64,000 nt of DNA from an uncultured Thermodesulfobacteriota bacterium (lineage in GTDB: Bacteria; Desulfobacterota; CAZCTP01). Every line of letters starts with the position of its first letter. The first letter of the stretch is position 1. A program made the translations under genes and the position numbers. Below the pieces are notes generated by a model that was given only the letters and a program-made list of their open reading frames with translations, was not told where the DNA came from and did not search any database. Positions 50,869 through 61,511 of this stretch are shown here, piece after piece. Where the stretch lies: positions 21,566 to 85,565 of the forward strand of contig CAZCTP010000001.1 of the NCBI GenBank assembly GCA_964501575.1, read 5' to 3'.

Positions 50869-52019
50869 ATCAAAATATCATTGAACTTATTAATCAATAT
50901 TTCCCAATCAAAATTCTTTACAACCCAATCTCTTCCCGATTTTCCCATCTTTTCTCTAAGAGCATGATCACTAAGAAGTTTTTTTATTGCTGAAGCTATC
51001 TCAGATGGTAAGAGTGGATTTACAAGATATCCTGTTATATTTTCCTTAATTGCATCAAATGTTCCCCCTGATTTTCCTCCGATGACAGGTTTCCCACAGG
51101 CACTTGCTTCCAAAAATACTATTCCAAATCCTTCATAGTCACCTTTTAGTTCTGATTTCTCAGTTATCCTATTTGGGAGAATAAAAATATCACAGAGATT
51201 ATAGTAATCAGGAAGTCTATCATTCTCCACATATCCAACAAAAATTACATTATTTTTTAACTCCTTTTTAGAAACAATTTCTCTTAGCCTCTCTTCTTCT
51301 CTCCCTTTTCCTACAATAAGATATATAAGGTTAGGATAATAGGGAATAAGTCCGGAGATAGCTTCTAATACCATATCATGCCCCTTTCTTTCATCAAGAC
51401 GTCCTACTGTTAGCAAAACGATCCTATCTTCAAGAAAATATTTTTTAATGAGTTCTTTATCTCTATCTTTAGGTATAAAAAATTTAGTGTCAACCCCAGG
51501 AGTTAACTTTACTATTTTATCCCGAGAAACCCCAAATTTAATATATTCATCTTCTGTAAAAGAACTGATAACAACTACCCTTTTAGCTTCTTTAAGAATC
51601 CATTTCATCATTTTCTTCAATATCTTATATTTCCCGAATCTTATAGTCTCTGAGCCGTAAACCCACACAATATAAGGGATATTAAGAATTTTCTTACATA
51701 AGAGAGCTCCTGGCGTATTAGAGAGAATCTGGCCACAATGGATAACAGAAGGTTTATATATAATCGAAAAGAATAAGATATAAAATAAGTCAAGAATTGT
51801 TTTAAATATTTTTGCAACAGCAGATTCACCTGTAGGTATCCATATTCTTTTAACATTAATGATATTGCCTTTTTGATCTGTATTATTTGCTCCCTTTATT
51901 TTAGGAGCAATTACTATATAATTATTTCTATCTACTCTTTTCAGAAATTCATAAAACACGGTTGATATTCCACTTACAATGGGAGGGAAATCATTGGTTA
52001 TAAATAGAGTTTTTTTCAT
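50865..52019 (-). CDS. Glycosyltransferase family 4 (PimB-like)
   Basis: ITNDFPP, VGRLDERKG, EGFGIVFLEASACG. Confidence 0.92.
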   Translation of the reverse strand: MKKTLFITNDFPPIVSGISTVFYEFLKRVDRNNYIVIAPKIKGANNTDQKGNIINVKRIWIPTGESAVAKIFKTILDLFYILFFSIIYKPSVIHCGQILSNTPGALLCKKILNIPYIVWVYGSETIRFGKYKILKKMMKWILKEAKRVVVISSFTEDEYIKFGVSRDKIVKLTPGVDTKFFIPKDRDKELIKKYFLEDRIVLLTVGRLDERKGHDMVLEAISGLIPYYPNLIYLIVGKGREEERLREIVSKKELKNNVIFVGYVENDRLPDYYNLCDIFILPNRITEKSELKGDYEGFGIVFLEASACGKPVIGGKSGGTFDAIKENITGYLVNPLLPSEIASAIKKLLSDHALREKMGKSGRDWVVKNFDWEILINKFNDILI

Positions 52020-52140
52020 ATTATCTAATAATCTATTTTATCTAAATATCTTGCTATAGTAAATATTTAGAATATTATTGGAATTGAGGATATTAGCCTT
52101 AATTACTGTACGATTTCTACTATAAATCAAAATTCTATTT

Positions 52141-53253
52141 TCATCCTATTTCTTCTATAGCCGTAAGCAGCCTTCTTGACATTTCTATTTGATTGAATAA
52201 TTTCACTCTTTCAAGTCCTCTTTTAACATATTCTTCATAAAGACTATGGTCTGAAATAAGAAGAGAGATTGCTTCTCTAAACCCATTAAGATCAAAAGGA
52301 TCTATCATAATTCCAGCATTTCCTACCACTTCTGGAAGAGAGGTAGTGTTGGAAGTTATAACTGGAGTCCCACACGCCATAGCTTCAAGAGGAGGTAGTC
52401 CAAAACCTTCATAAAGAGATGGAAAAACAAAAACTTTTGCTCCACTATACAATGTGGGTAATTCATAATCCGGAACGTGGTCTGTAAATATTATCTTTCC
52501 CTCAATATTGAGCCTTTTTGCTTCAGATTCAATCTCTTTACAGTTATGATCCTTTTTCCCACACAGAACTACCTCGTAAGAATCTTTTATATCCTTGGGC
52601 AAAAGTTTAAAGATTTTTAATATAGTGACCACATTTTTATGAGGTTTAAAATTTCCAACATAGAGGAGGTAATTTTTTTTTATCCTGTATTTTTCTCTTA
52701 TTTTTTCTGCCTTTTCTTCTTCTACAGGTTTAAATAGTTTAGAAATCCCATAAGGTATAACCTCTATCTTCTTATCAGGAATATTCCAAATTTTTATTAT
52801 ATCTTTTTTTGAATGCTCTGAGCCAGTTATTATAAGAGCTGATTTCTTTGCCATTAACTTCCTTGATAGAGTGTAAAGTGACCTTTTAATATAACTGTGG
52901 TTCTTCTCAGGAAAATAGTTAAATATGAGATCGTGAACAGCTATAATAGAAGGAATTCTGGAAAAAAGGGGACATTTATCATAAGGGGAAAAGAACACAT
53001 CCACCCTATCTTTAAGTAGGGCTTTTGATAAAGTTATATGATCCCAGTAAGTGGTAAATCTCTCATTTTTTATCCTGATAAAAAGTTTTGGTGATTCAAA
53101 GGGAACATCTGTATACTGATTTCCATAAAGGATATAAATATTTCTATCATCAAACTCAAGAACACTTGAGAGGAAGTTATATAGGAATCTACCTATCCCT
53201 GTTTTTTCACTCTTTAAAAACTCTCTTCCATCTATTCCTATTCTTTTAGGCAT
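52141..53253 (-). CDS. Glycosyltransferase family 4 (mannosyltransferase-like)
   Basis: TGIGRF, VGNFKPHKN, PSLYEGFGLPPLEAMACG. Confidence 0.92.
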   Translation of the reverse strand: MPKRIGIDGREFLKSEKTGIGRFLYNFLSSVLEFDDRNIYILYGNQYTDVPFESPKLFIRIKNERFTTYWDHITLSKALLKDRVDVFFSPYDKCPLFSRIPSIIAVHDLIFNYFPEKNHSYIKRSLYTLSRKLMAKKSALIITGSEHSKKDIIKIWNIPDKKIEVIPYGISKLFKPVEEEKAEKIREKYRIKKNYLLYVGNFKPHKNVVTILKIFKLLPKDIKDSYEVVLCGKKDHNCKEIESEAKRLNIEGKIIFTDHVPDYELPTLYSGAKVFVFPSLYEGFGLPPLEAMACGTPVITSNTTSLPEVVGNAGIMIDPFDLNGFREAISLLISDHSLYEEYVKRGLERVKLFNQIEMSRRLLTAIEEIG

Positions 53254-53312
53254 ATAGAAACTTTTTTAACTCAATCAAAAAGAGACCATTTTAATTTTTC
53301 CAAAGTAGAGTT

Positions 53313-54455
53313 TTATTTCCTATTAATAAGTTCAAGATAAATCTCTTGAATCCTCTTTAAGTGTTCTTCTATGGTAAAGAACTTCTCTACTCTTTCCCTT
53401 CCAGATTTACCCATCCTGATAGCAAGCTTTTTATCTCTTATAAGGGTAAGAACTGCTTTTGCCATGGCTTCAGGGTCCTTCAAAGGGACAAGAATCCCGG
53501 TCACTCCATCAACAACGATCTCAGGAACTCCTCCACCTTTTGTTGCAACAACCGGCTTTTCCATGGACATTGCCTCTATGAGGACCCTGCCAAAAGGTTC
53601 ATTTATTGATGGAAGGACAAATATATCAATAACCCCCATAATTTCTGGTATGTCCTCTTTAAAACCGGTAAATACAACCTCATCTTTAAGATCAAGAGAA
53701 TTGACCATCTCTTCAAGCTTTTTTCTATAACCGCTCCCCCTTGGAACTTCATCTCCAACTATCAAGAGCTTTACCTCTGGGTTTTCTTTCCTTACTATAT
53801 AAAAGGCATCAATAAGGTAATTAATTCCCTTCCAAGGGATTAACTGTCCAACCGTTCCAATTACAAAATCTTCTTTCTTAAATCCAAATTCTTTTTTTAA
53901 ATCCTCGATCTTTATAGAAGAAGGATTAAATCTCTTTATATCCACACCATTTGGAATTACAACTAATTTCTTTGGATTTTTAATCCAGTGAAATCTTCTT
54001 TTAACTGCTTCAGATATAACGATTATCTTTGTAGAAAATAAAGAAATTAACCTGTCAAAGATTCCCCCGGATTCTATCACCCTTACATGCCAGATAAAGG
54101 GGATACCGGCCAGTCTTGCTGCAACTCCACTATATAGGGTATCCCTTGTTGATCCAGCATTTGAATGGACGATCTTTATATCCCATCTTCGAATAAGTCT
54201 GCATAGTTTTAAGATAGCAATAAATAAAGAGAAAATATTTAACCTCTTTAAAGATTTAATTTCTATTATTTCTGAGGCTATACCCATTTCATTTACTTTC
54301 TCTCTTAGACTGCCTTGTGCAGAGCATACGAGGTAGGGTTTGAACAGTTCTTTATCAATATGCCTGAGTATATTGACCAAACTTATATGTCCCCCTCCCC
54401 TTATGTCACCATTTCTTTCTATAAAAAGAACAGAATGAGGGATTTTTTTATTCAT
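53313..54455 (-). CDS. Glycosyltransferase family 4
   Basis: VGQLIPWKG, PSINEPFGRVLIEAM. Confidence 0.92.
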   Translation of the reverse strand: MNKKIPHSVLFIERNGDIRGGGHISLVNILRHIDKELFKPYLVCSAQGSLREKVNEMGIASEIIEIKSLKRLNIFSLFIAILKLCRLIRRWDIKIVHSNAGSTRDTLYSGVAARLAGIPFIWHVRVIESGGIFDRLISLFSTKIIVISEAVKRRFHWIKNPKKLVVIPNGVDIKRFNPSSIKIEDLKKEFGFKKEDFVIGTVGQLIPWKGINYLIDAFYIVRKENPEVKLLIVGDEVPRGSGYRKKLEEMVNSLDLKDEVVFTGFKEDIPEIMGVIDIFVLPSINEPFGRVLIEAMSMEKPVVATKGGGVPEIVVDGVTGILVPLKDPEAMAKAVLTLIRDKKLAIRMGKSGRERVEKFFTIEEHLKRIQEIYLELINRK

Positions 54456-54970
54456 TTTATAGCTCTCATTTCAAAGATAAGGGCATAAGCCTGAAATATA
54501 AAGGCAAAATGTGCTTCATAGATTGAAGGGAACCTATTGGCTATGAATTCTATTCCTATATATCTCATCAGTCTTCCAAATACTATCTTTTTATCTACAA
54601 TATCAAATCTTACATTTGTATAAAAGTAAAAATGATGGGTATTTTGAGCAAAAATGTCAAAGGAGCGAAATGAGAAATAGTGTCTATGAGTAATATCTGA
54701 GTAGGAATCATCGCTACTGAAGTGGGGAACTATTATCTTTAACACTCCGCCCGATTTCAAAATCCGGTGTATCTCCTCCATAACTAATAGGGGATTGTCA
54801 AGATGCTCTAAAACATTATCGCATATTATCAGATCAAAGGTATTACTCCTGAAAGGATAGGGGAAATAATTTAAGTCATAGATTATGTCAGCATCACTGT
54901 CTGGATTTATGTCTACCCCAATCGATCCAGGATATTTCTTTTTACCACAGCCAAGATCAAGAACTTTCAT
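54452..54970 (-). CDS. Class I SAM-dependent methyltransferase (type 11-like)
   Basis: VLDLGCG, GVDI, NVLEHL, ILKSGG. Confidence 0.88.
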   Translation of the reverse strand: MKVLDLGCGKKKYPGSIGVDINPDSDADIIYDLNYFPYPFRSNTFDLIICDNVLEHLDNPLLVMEEIHRILKSGGVLKIIVPHFSSDDSYSDITHRHYFSFRSFDIFAQNTHHFYFYTNVRFDIVDKKIVFGRLMRYIGIEFIANRFPSIYEAHFAFIFQAYALIFEMRAIK

Positions 54971-56111
54971 TTAATATACCTTTATAGATTTTTACTGTAT
55001 CTTTAGCTATATCTTCCCAATTATATCTCTGTTTAGCTATATATCTTGAGTATTCTCCCATCTTAGTTAGGGTCTCTCTGTCTAAGGAAAGAATCTTTAT
55101 AATAGCCTCTGCTAAGCTATCTTCATCTTCTGGGGGAACAAGATAACCATTTTTGCCCTCTTCTATAGCCTCTTCAAAGGAGCCAACTCTTGTGGCTATT
55201 ACAGGTTTGGAAAAAGCAAAGGCAAGTTGTAGAGAACCGCTCTCGGTAGTATTAAGATAGGGGAAGACCGATACATCAGCAGATATGAAGTATTCATGAA
55301 CTTCCTCTAAAGGTATATATTTACAATAGAATAATACTTTATCTTTTAGCCCTAATCTTTCTACCATTTCATAATAGGAATCTACAGGAGAGGATTCTCT
55401 TATAGCCATGGGCTTCCCTACTATAAGAAGCTTTGCTTCAGGGGTCTCTTCAATAACCATTTTAAATGCCTTAATAAGATAGTCTATCCCCTTGTATCTC
55501 CGTATTGCTCCAAAGGATAGCAGAATTTTGTCAGATACACTTAGGCCAAGACTTTCTCTTGCTTTTTCTTTAGTAATTTTTTCTGAAGGAACAAGGAAAA
55601 GATAATTACCATGAGGGACTATTTTTATATTATCAGGATATATTCTAAATTTTTCAATAAGTTCTTTCTTATTTGACTCTGAGTGGGCTATAAGTTTTGT
55701 AGAATTTTTATAAATTATCCTTAAAGCATCTTTTATGAGTATAGCCTCTCTTTCACCTTCCTCATGAGGAAAAATATTATGGACGGTATAAATAATTGGC
55801 ATTCTGAAAAACTTTGCGATAAAGAATGATAGCCAATCTTTTCTTGGAGAGAGGATAGACTGAATATGGATTATGGAGGGTCTTTCTCTTATCAGAATAT
55901 TAAATAATCTCAGGATATTTGAGATGTAGCCCTTTTCTTGATTAAAAAGATTTATAAGCTTAAAATCTCTTTTTAATTTTTCAAGCTCATATTTACAGGA
56001 GCTTATAACAGTGAGGTCATTTATTCCTGCTCTAACCAGTGAATTTGCAAGATTATAGGTATAGTGGCATATTCCTCCCCATCCCCCGGTTTCAATCATC
56101 ACAATTTTCAT
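54957..56111 (-). CDS. Glycosyltransferase family 4
   Basis: FGAIRRYKG, FPYLNTTESGSLQLAFAF, GSFEE. Confidence 0.9.
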   Translation of the reverse strand: MKIVMIETGGWGGICHYTYNLANSLVRAGINDLTVISSCKYELEKLKRDFKLINLFNQEKGYISNILRLFNILIRERPSIIHIQSILSPRKDWLSFFIAKFFRMPIIYTVHNIFPHEEGEREAILIKDALRIIYKNSTKLIAHSESNKKELIEKFRIYPDNIKIVPHGNYLFLVPSEKITKEKARESLGLSVSDKILLSFGAIRRYKGIDYLIKAFKMVIEETPEAKLLIVGKPMAIRESSPVDSYYEMVERLGLKDKVLFYCKYIPLEEVHEYFISADVSVFPYLNTTESGSLQLAFAFSKPVIATRVGSFEEAIEEGKNGYLVPPEDEDSLAEAIIKILSLDRETLTKMGEYSRYIAKQRYNWEDIAKDTVKIYKGILNESS

Positions 56112-56114
56112 CGT

Positions 56115-57269
56115 TTAGCCTTTTTGAGAGAGCAATTCTTTATATAAATTCTCGGTCTTTTCAACCATAATTTGTTTTGAAAAACAATCTTTCACCCTCT
56201 TAAATCCCTTATTTCCCATATTCTTTGCTTTTTCTCTATCTACAAGCAATGAGATTACAGCCTTTGCCAATTTTTCAGGGTCTTTTGGAGGAACAAGTAT
56301 ACCTGTATTACCATTGATAACTACTTCAGGTATTCCATCAACTTCAGTAGCTACAACAGGTTTTTTCATAATCATGGCTTCAAGAATAACAAATGGGAAT
56401 CCTTCATAAAGAGAGGATAACACAAATACATCCATTATATTTAATATTTTATATACATCTTCCTGGAAACCGGTGAATATTACATCTCTTTCCAGTCCTA
56501 AATTGAGGGAATATCTTTTCAATTCCTTCTCCATGGAGCCTTCACCCACAATAAGTAACTTTACATTTCTTACTTCTTTCTTTATCCTAACCGCTGCTTT
56601 TAAAAGGTATATATATCCCTTCTGTTCGGTTAATCTTCCTACTGTTCCTACCACTAAATCGGTCTCTCCAATACCTAAGTTCTCTTTAAGAGAAGATGAA
56701 TCAAATTTCCTATTATAATTTACATCTATACCATTATGTATAACAACTACTCTATCTTCCTGAAAAGGAAGTTTTTCTATGATTATCCTTTTACTACTAT
56801 TTGAGACTGTAATTACCCTATTTATACATCTTACCAGCAATCTTTCCAACAATCTACCTTTCCAAGAAGCTTCCTTAAGCAATACAGGTAAATGATGGGT
56901 AACAACTACGGACTTAACCCCTGCGATTTTACTTGCCAGGATACTGAACTGAGAATGGTATGGATTTGGGAGATTAAAATGGATAATATCAGCTTTATTA
57001 TTCTTAAAAAATCTAATCTGACGGATAAAGTTTAAGATATCAAACCTGTTTTTTATAGGTTTAATATTTTTAATCTCAATTCCTAAAGTTTTTAATTTCT
57101 CTTTGGGTTTATTTGCTCCTTCTACAGATGGTAAGGCGATTGATAATGAATAACTCTCTGAATTAAGTTCTTTAATCAGTGTATAAATATACCTTTCTGC
57201 TCCTCCAAAGGTAGAAGAATCTGTATAAAATAGGATGCTTATCTGATTGTTTTTCTTATCACTATACAA
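56115..57269 (-). CDS. Glycosyltransferase family 4
   Basis: FGGAERY, VGRLTEQKG, SSLYEGFPFVILEAM; TTG start. Confidence 0.92.
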   Translation of the reverse strand: MYSDKKNNQISILFYTDSSTFGGAERYIYTLIKELNSESYSLSIALPSVEGANKPKEKLKTLGIEIKNIKPIKNRFDILNFIRQIRFFKNNKADIIHFNLPNPYHSQFSILASKIAGVKSVVVTHHLPVLLKEASWKGRLLERLLVRCINRVITVSNSSKRIIIEKLPFQEDRVVVIHNGIDVNYNRKFDSSSLKENLGIGETDLVVGTVGRLTEQKGYIYLLKAAVRIKKEVRNVKLLIVGEGSMEKELKRYSLNLGLERDVIFTGFQEDVYKILNIMDVFVLSSLYEGFPFVILEAMIMKKPVVATEVDGIPEVVINGNTGILVPPKDPEKLAKAVISLLVDREKAKNMGNKGFKRVKDCFSKQIMVEKTENLYKELLSQKG

Positions 57270-57997
57270 AAGTCCTGTCCTTTAAAACAGAAATATTTTC
57301 TACCAAACTTCCTATCCAGAAAAGAATCTAAGTAGCTCTTTATCTTCCAGTATGTATCTGACCATTCAAAGAGATGGTACAACCTTGAAATGTGTAATAT
57401 ATGTCTAAGGGAATTAAAGAACCCGGAGTTAAAACGCCTGTAGTCAACTACTATTGCTTTTTGTCTTTGCGCAATCAAAATCAACCTTTCAGGGTCTATC
57501 CCCCTTTCCATGGGACTATCTCCAGCCCAATTATGGAAGGCTTCCTCAGAGGGTTCTCTTAGAAGCAGGTAACCACCCGGTTTTAATATTCTAAGGAGAG
57601 AAGTAATTGTATTTTCTAAGTCTGGTATATGATGCAAGCTTCCAAGAGAAACAATATAATCTGCAACAGAGGTTTTTAACGGTAGTTCAGATCCGTCTGC
57701 TATGATAAAATACCCTGAAGGTAGATTTTTTCTGGCAATATTAATAAGTCTTTCTGAGATATCGATTCCTATATATGTGGGAAGTGTTTCAAATTTCTTC
57801 AGGGTCCTGGAGATGGAAATAGAGGGTCCACAACCTATATCTACTATCAAAAACTTTTTGTCACGGGGTAAATAATGAAAGAGAAAGATTTCTTCTGGAA
57901 TTTGATGTTGTTTTGCATTTCCATATTTTACTAAATAATATTCAGCCTTTTCATTATGATATTCTCTTTCAGCATTTATCCACTCTTTCTTGTCCAT
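57239..57997 (-). CDS. Class I SAM-dependent methyltransferase
   Basis: VDIGCGP, GIDIS, ADGSELPL, SLHHIPD, LKPGG. Confidence 0.9.
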   Translation of the reverse strand: MDKKEWINAEREYHNEKAEYYLVKYGNAKQHQIPEEIFLFHYLPRDKKFLIVDIGCGPSISISRTLKKFETLPTYIGIDISERLINIARKNLPSGYFIIADGSELPLKTSVADYIVSLGSLHHIPDLENTITSLLRILKPGGYLLLREPSEEAFHNWAGDSPMERGIDPERLILIAQRQKAIVVDYRRFNSGFFNSLRHILHISRLYHLFEWSDTYWKIKSYLDSFLDRKFGRKYFCFKGQDFCIVIRKTIR

Positions 57998-59184
57998 TAC
58001 ACCACTTCTCTATATGCTTCTTCTATTTTATCAATCAGCTTTTTAAGATTAAACTCCTCTTCAGCCCTTTTTCTTGCTTTTTTACCCATCTTTCTTCTCA
58101 ATTCCTTATCGGTCAGAATTTTTATCAAACTCTCTGCAAGGGCTTCTGGATTCTTAGGTGATACTAAGAATCCGGTATCTCCATCTCCTATTATCTCCCT
58201 GTTTCCACCTCCCTCTGTTGCTACGACAGGCCTTCCACAACTCATGGCTTCAAGGAGGGTATTTGCAGCAGGTTCTACAATGGATGGAAGGCAGTAAACC
58301 CATGCCTTTCTATAAAAATTTACCGTTTCTCTGTGAGGAACCATTCCAAAGAATAGAACGCTCCTTTTAAGGTCAAGTTCATTCACAAGTCTTTTATAAT
58401 AGTTTCTTCCAGGACCATCTCCTACAATGTTCAGTACACAAGAAGGAACCTCTTCAAGTACTAAAGGCATAGCTCTTAGAAGATACTCAAGACCTTTTTG
58501 TCTTGTAAGATTTGCAAGAAAGAGTATTGTTGGAACCCTATCTTCAGAAGAAGGGGAAAAGAACCCGGTATTAACCCCAAGTCCTACAATCCTTGCTTTA
58601 TATCTAAATTCTTCTGGGATATCCTCCATTGCTTTTTTAAGCTGAACAAGTATAAGTGAAGCATTTTTGAGGGTAGTCCTCCAGAGTGGAGGGGCAAAAG
58701 CTTCATGGAATAGGTTGAAACATCTTGTCGCAATCCCTTTAAAGGGATTTTTTATACCCTTTGTCTCAAATTCCTTAAAATCTTCATCTTTTATTCTAAG
58801 TGAAGGCGTTACAGGACCATAGATAAATGGCATCTTAAATATCCAGAAGAGACTGAACATTCCATAGTTTGCAGGTCTTATGTGATGAATAATATCAAAC
58901 TCTTTTTTCTTAAGAAGTTTTCTTGCCTTAAAGATACTTCTTATTGAAAAAAGCCACCAGTTAAGTCTGTATCGAAAATAGTCTTCTGATGGTTTAAACC
59001 TATATCCTCCAACCTCGATACACTCTGCGTTAATAACCTTTTTCAGAGATACCTTTGGGGAGAGGAGGGTTACACTGTGTCCCTTTTCTAAAAGACCCTT
59101 TACAATATTATATGAAACTCTATGTTCACCTCCAGCAAGTTCATCTCCAAATATATAAGAAGCGGAACTTACAAGTATTTTCAT
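57997..59184 (-). CDS. Glycosyltransferase family 4
   Basis: LANLTRQKG, PSIVEPAANTLLEAMSCG. Confidence 0.9.
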   Translation of the reverse strand: MKILVSSASYIFGDELAGGEHRVSYNIVKGLLEKGHSVTLLSPKVSLKKVINAECIEVGGYRFKPSEDYFRYRLNWWLFSIRSIFKARKLLKKKEFDIIHHIRPANYGMFSLFWIFKMPFIYGPVTPSLRIKDEDFKEFETKGIKNPFKGIATRCFNLFHEAFAPPLWRTTLKNASLILVQLKKAMEDIPEEFRYKARIVGLGVNTGFFSPSSEDRVPTILFLANLTRQKGLEYLLRAMPLVLEEVPSCVLNIVGDGPGRNYYKRLVNELDLKRSVLFFGMVPHRETVNFYRKAWVYCLPSIVEPAANTLLEAMSCGRPVVATEGGGNREIIGDGDTGFLVSPKNPEALAESLIKILTDKELRRKMGKKARKRAEEEFNLKKLIDKIEEAYREVV

Positions 59185-59948
59185 AACTTTTTACATATTC
59201 CTATGAGATTTCTTCCAAACCTGATACCTCTCTTAGTTATTACAAAGTCATAAGATAGGATATCTTCATCCCTTTTTGCTCCCGTTGCAGTAGAAATCCT
59301 TTCTGAAACCGCATTTTTTAATCTCTGGGGAAAGAGTTTCCTAAGTTTAAATATATCTAAAAATCTGAGTATATGATGGATAATCCCTGTTATTCCAATA
59401 ATTTTCCTTCCTTTCCTCTGAGCATATAATTCAACTTTTTGGAAAAATTTTTCAAGTAAATACATAAACTCATTCTTATTTAATTCCTTTACATGTTCAG
59501 GATTATTTGGTATACCTTCAACTCTTATTATATCCTTATTTGGAGTGGATATAATAGCCATTCCCCCATTTTTTAAAACTCTCCTTATTTCAGAAAGATA
59601 CCTTTCCTGATCCTCTAAATGTTCTATGACCTCAAAGGATATAACTATATCAAAGCTCTCATCTTTAAATCCTAATCTACATCCATCCATTATAATATAG
59701 TTTATATGGGGATGAGAGAAAAAATCAAATGCCAATTTTAATCTCTTTCTATCCAATTCCACTGCAATTACTCTCTCAGCACATTTTGCAAGCTCAAACG
59801 TTCCATCACCTATCCCACAACCAACTTCAAGGATAGATTTTCCTTGAACAGACCTTTTTATAAATTTATATCTTGCAAGGTGTTCCTGATAAACAAGATT
59901 GCTGCCAAATCGAGTATTTATAATCTTATCCAAATTCTTATTCTTCAT
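59181..59948 (-). CDS. Class I SAM-dependent methyltransferase
   Basis: HLARY, LEVGCGIG, SFEVIEHL, ISTPN. Confidence 0.9.
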   Translation of the reverse strand: MKNKNLDKIINTRFGSNLVYQEHLARYKFIKRSVQGKSILEVGCGIGDGTFELAKCAERVIAVELDRKRLKLAFDFFSHPHINYIIMDGCRLGFKDESFDIVISFEVIEHLEDQERYLSEIRRVLKNGGMAIISTPNKDIIRVEGIPNNPEHVKELNKNEFMYLLEKFFQKVELYAQRKGRKIIGITGIIHHILRFLDIFKLRKLFPQRLKNAVSERISTATGAKRDEDILSYDFVITKRGIRFGRNLIGICKKL

Positions 59949-61511
59949 TTACAGTATTAACTCTCTTTTTAAAATTATTTCTCTAATTCTGAATAACTCT
60001 TCTGTTTTTAATATATAAAGAAATAAGATGTATACCACAAAAGAGAGAATTACTGTTATAAAAAGGTTAATAAAATGGCCGGTATTATAAAAAATATTAT
60101 AAGAAGAAAAGGATATAAATGCCATAATCAGAGAGGACACAAATACCTTTTTTACAAAAGGCATGAGTAAAGAGAAATTTATACTGCCTATATCTTTTAA
60201 AATACCTCTAATGAGAAATAAGACAAGAAGCGGTACAATAAGTGTGGTTGCAAGAGCAATACCATAAAGTCCAAATAGTTTGATTAGTATAAAATCAAGT
60301 ACGGCATTTGTAATAAAATAGAGGGTCTCATAGTAAAGAACAAGGGATGTCTTTCTGAGGGCATAAATAGTCTTGAAGAAAAGAGGGATTAAAGCTCTTG
60401 CAATAAGAGAAAGCGAATAGATGAATAAAAGGTTAGAAGTTATATATGTATCCTCTGGAGTGAAGGCACCTCTCTGGAAGAGAAATTCAACAATCGGACT
60501 TCTGAGTATTAAAAATCCAAATGTTGATGGAATAGAAATGAGTAGATTAATCTTAATTCCAAATAGGAAGAGGTCTTTTAATTTACGGTAATCCTTTGAA
60601 GATGAATAACTCGAAAGAAAAGGGAAAATAGCAATAGAAGAGGTAGCAGAAAAGAGAAAGACAGGAATTGATACAAGCTTCATTGCAAGCTGAATGTTAG
60701 TTATACTTCCAGCTTCAAGCATTGAGGCAAAAATTCTATCCACAATCCCTATTCCCTTTCCTATTAGCTCAGCACCTGCAAGAGGTATTATAAGAAGAAA
60801 CATTTCTTTCAGTTCAAAAAAATTCCCTCTAACCTTTAGTTTGTAATATCCAGATCTTCTATAGAGAAAAAGACCCATAACCATCAGTGCAAGCAGACTG
60901 CCTGTGAGGCTTCCATATGCAAGCGAGAATATACCTAAATCCTCAGAGAGGAAAGCAAGAAATAGTAGAACCACAGTACTATTTACAACTGGAGCAAGGG
61001 CGGAAGGAAAAAATTTTTTATAGACATTGAGTATATTTCCTAATGTTCCACTTATCCATGAAAAGAGGACAACGGGGATCAAAACAATTATAAGCTTTGA
61101 GGTTAGTTCCCTAGTTTTAAGTGAAAATCCTGGGGCAAATAAGAAGGCTATCTTATTAGAGAAGAATATAGCGAAAATGCTTAAAAGAAGGAGCAATAAA
61201 AAACCAAGATTTAACACAAGGCTTGCAAACTCCCATGCTCTTTTCTCTCCTTTCTCTTCTAATAGTCTTGTAAAAGTGGGGAGGAATACAGCTCCTATTG
61301 CTCCAAGGAAAAGAAATTTCTGGACTACCTCTGGAACAACAGATGCAACAAACCAGGCATCGGTAAGACTTGTTGCACCAAACTTATAGATCATTATCAC
61401 ATCCCTTAGATATCCAATAAGAAATGTGATGAGAGTTGAGAGACTCAGGATAGTAGTTGCTCTCAGAATTTTCCCTTTTATAATATATTGACTTTCTTTA
61501 GTATCATTCAT
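59949..61511 (-). CDS. murJ: MurJ/MviN-family lipid-linked glycan flippase
   Basis: GYLRD...FGA...TDAWFVA, AVFLPTF, FxxALAP, GIGIVDRIFASML, FFKTIYA, GIALAT; about 13-14 TM helices. Confidence 0.75.
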   Translation of the reverse strand: MNDTKESQYIIKGKILRATTILSLSTLITFLIGYLRDVIMIYKFGATSLTDAWFVASVVPEVVQKFLFLGAIGAVFLPTFTRLLEEKGEKRAWEFASLVLNLGFLLLLLLSIFAIFFSNKIAFLFAPGFSLKTRELTSKLIIVLIPVVLFSWISGTLGNILNVYKKFFPSALAPVVNSTVVLLFLAFLSEDLGIFSLAYGSLTGSLLALMVMGLFLYRRSGYYKLKVRGNFFELKEMFLLIIPLAGAELIGKGIGIVDRIFASMLEAGSITNIQLAMKLVSIPVFLFSATSSIAIFPFLSSYSSSKDYRKLKDLFLFGIKINLLISIPSTFGFLILRSPIVEFLFQRGAFTPEDTYITSNLLFIYSLSLIARALIPLFFKTIYALRKTSLVLYYETLYFITNAVLDFILIKLFGLYGIALATTLIVPLLVLFLIRGILKDIGSINFSLLMPFVKKVFVSSLIMAFISFSSYNIFYNTGHFINLFITVILSFVVYILFLYILKTEELFRIREIILKRELIL

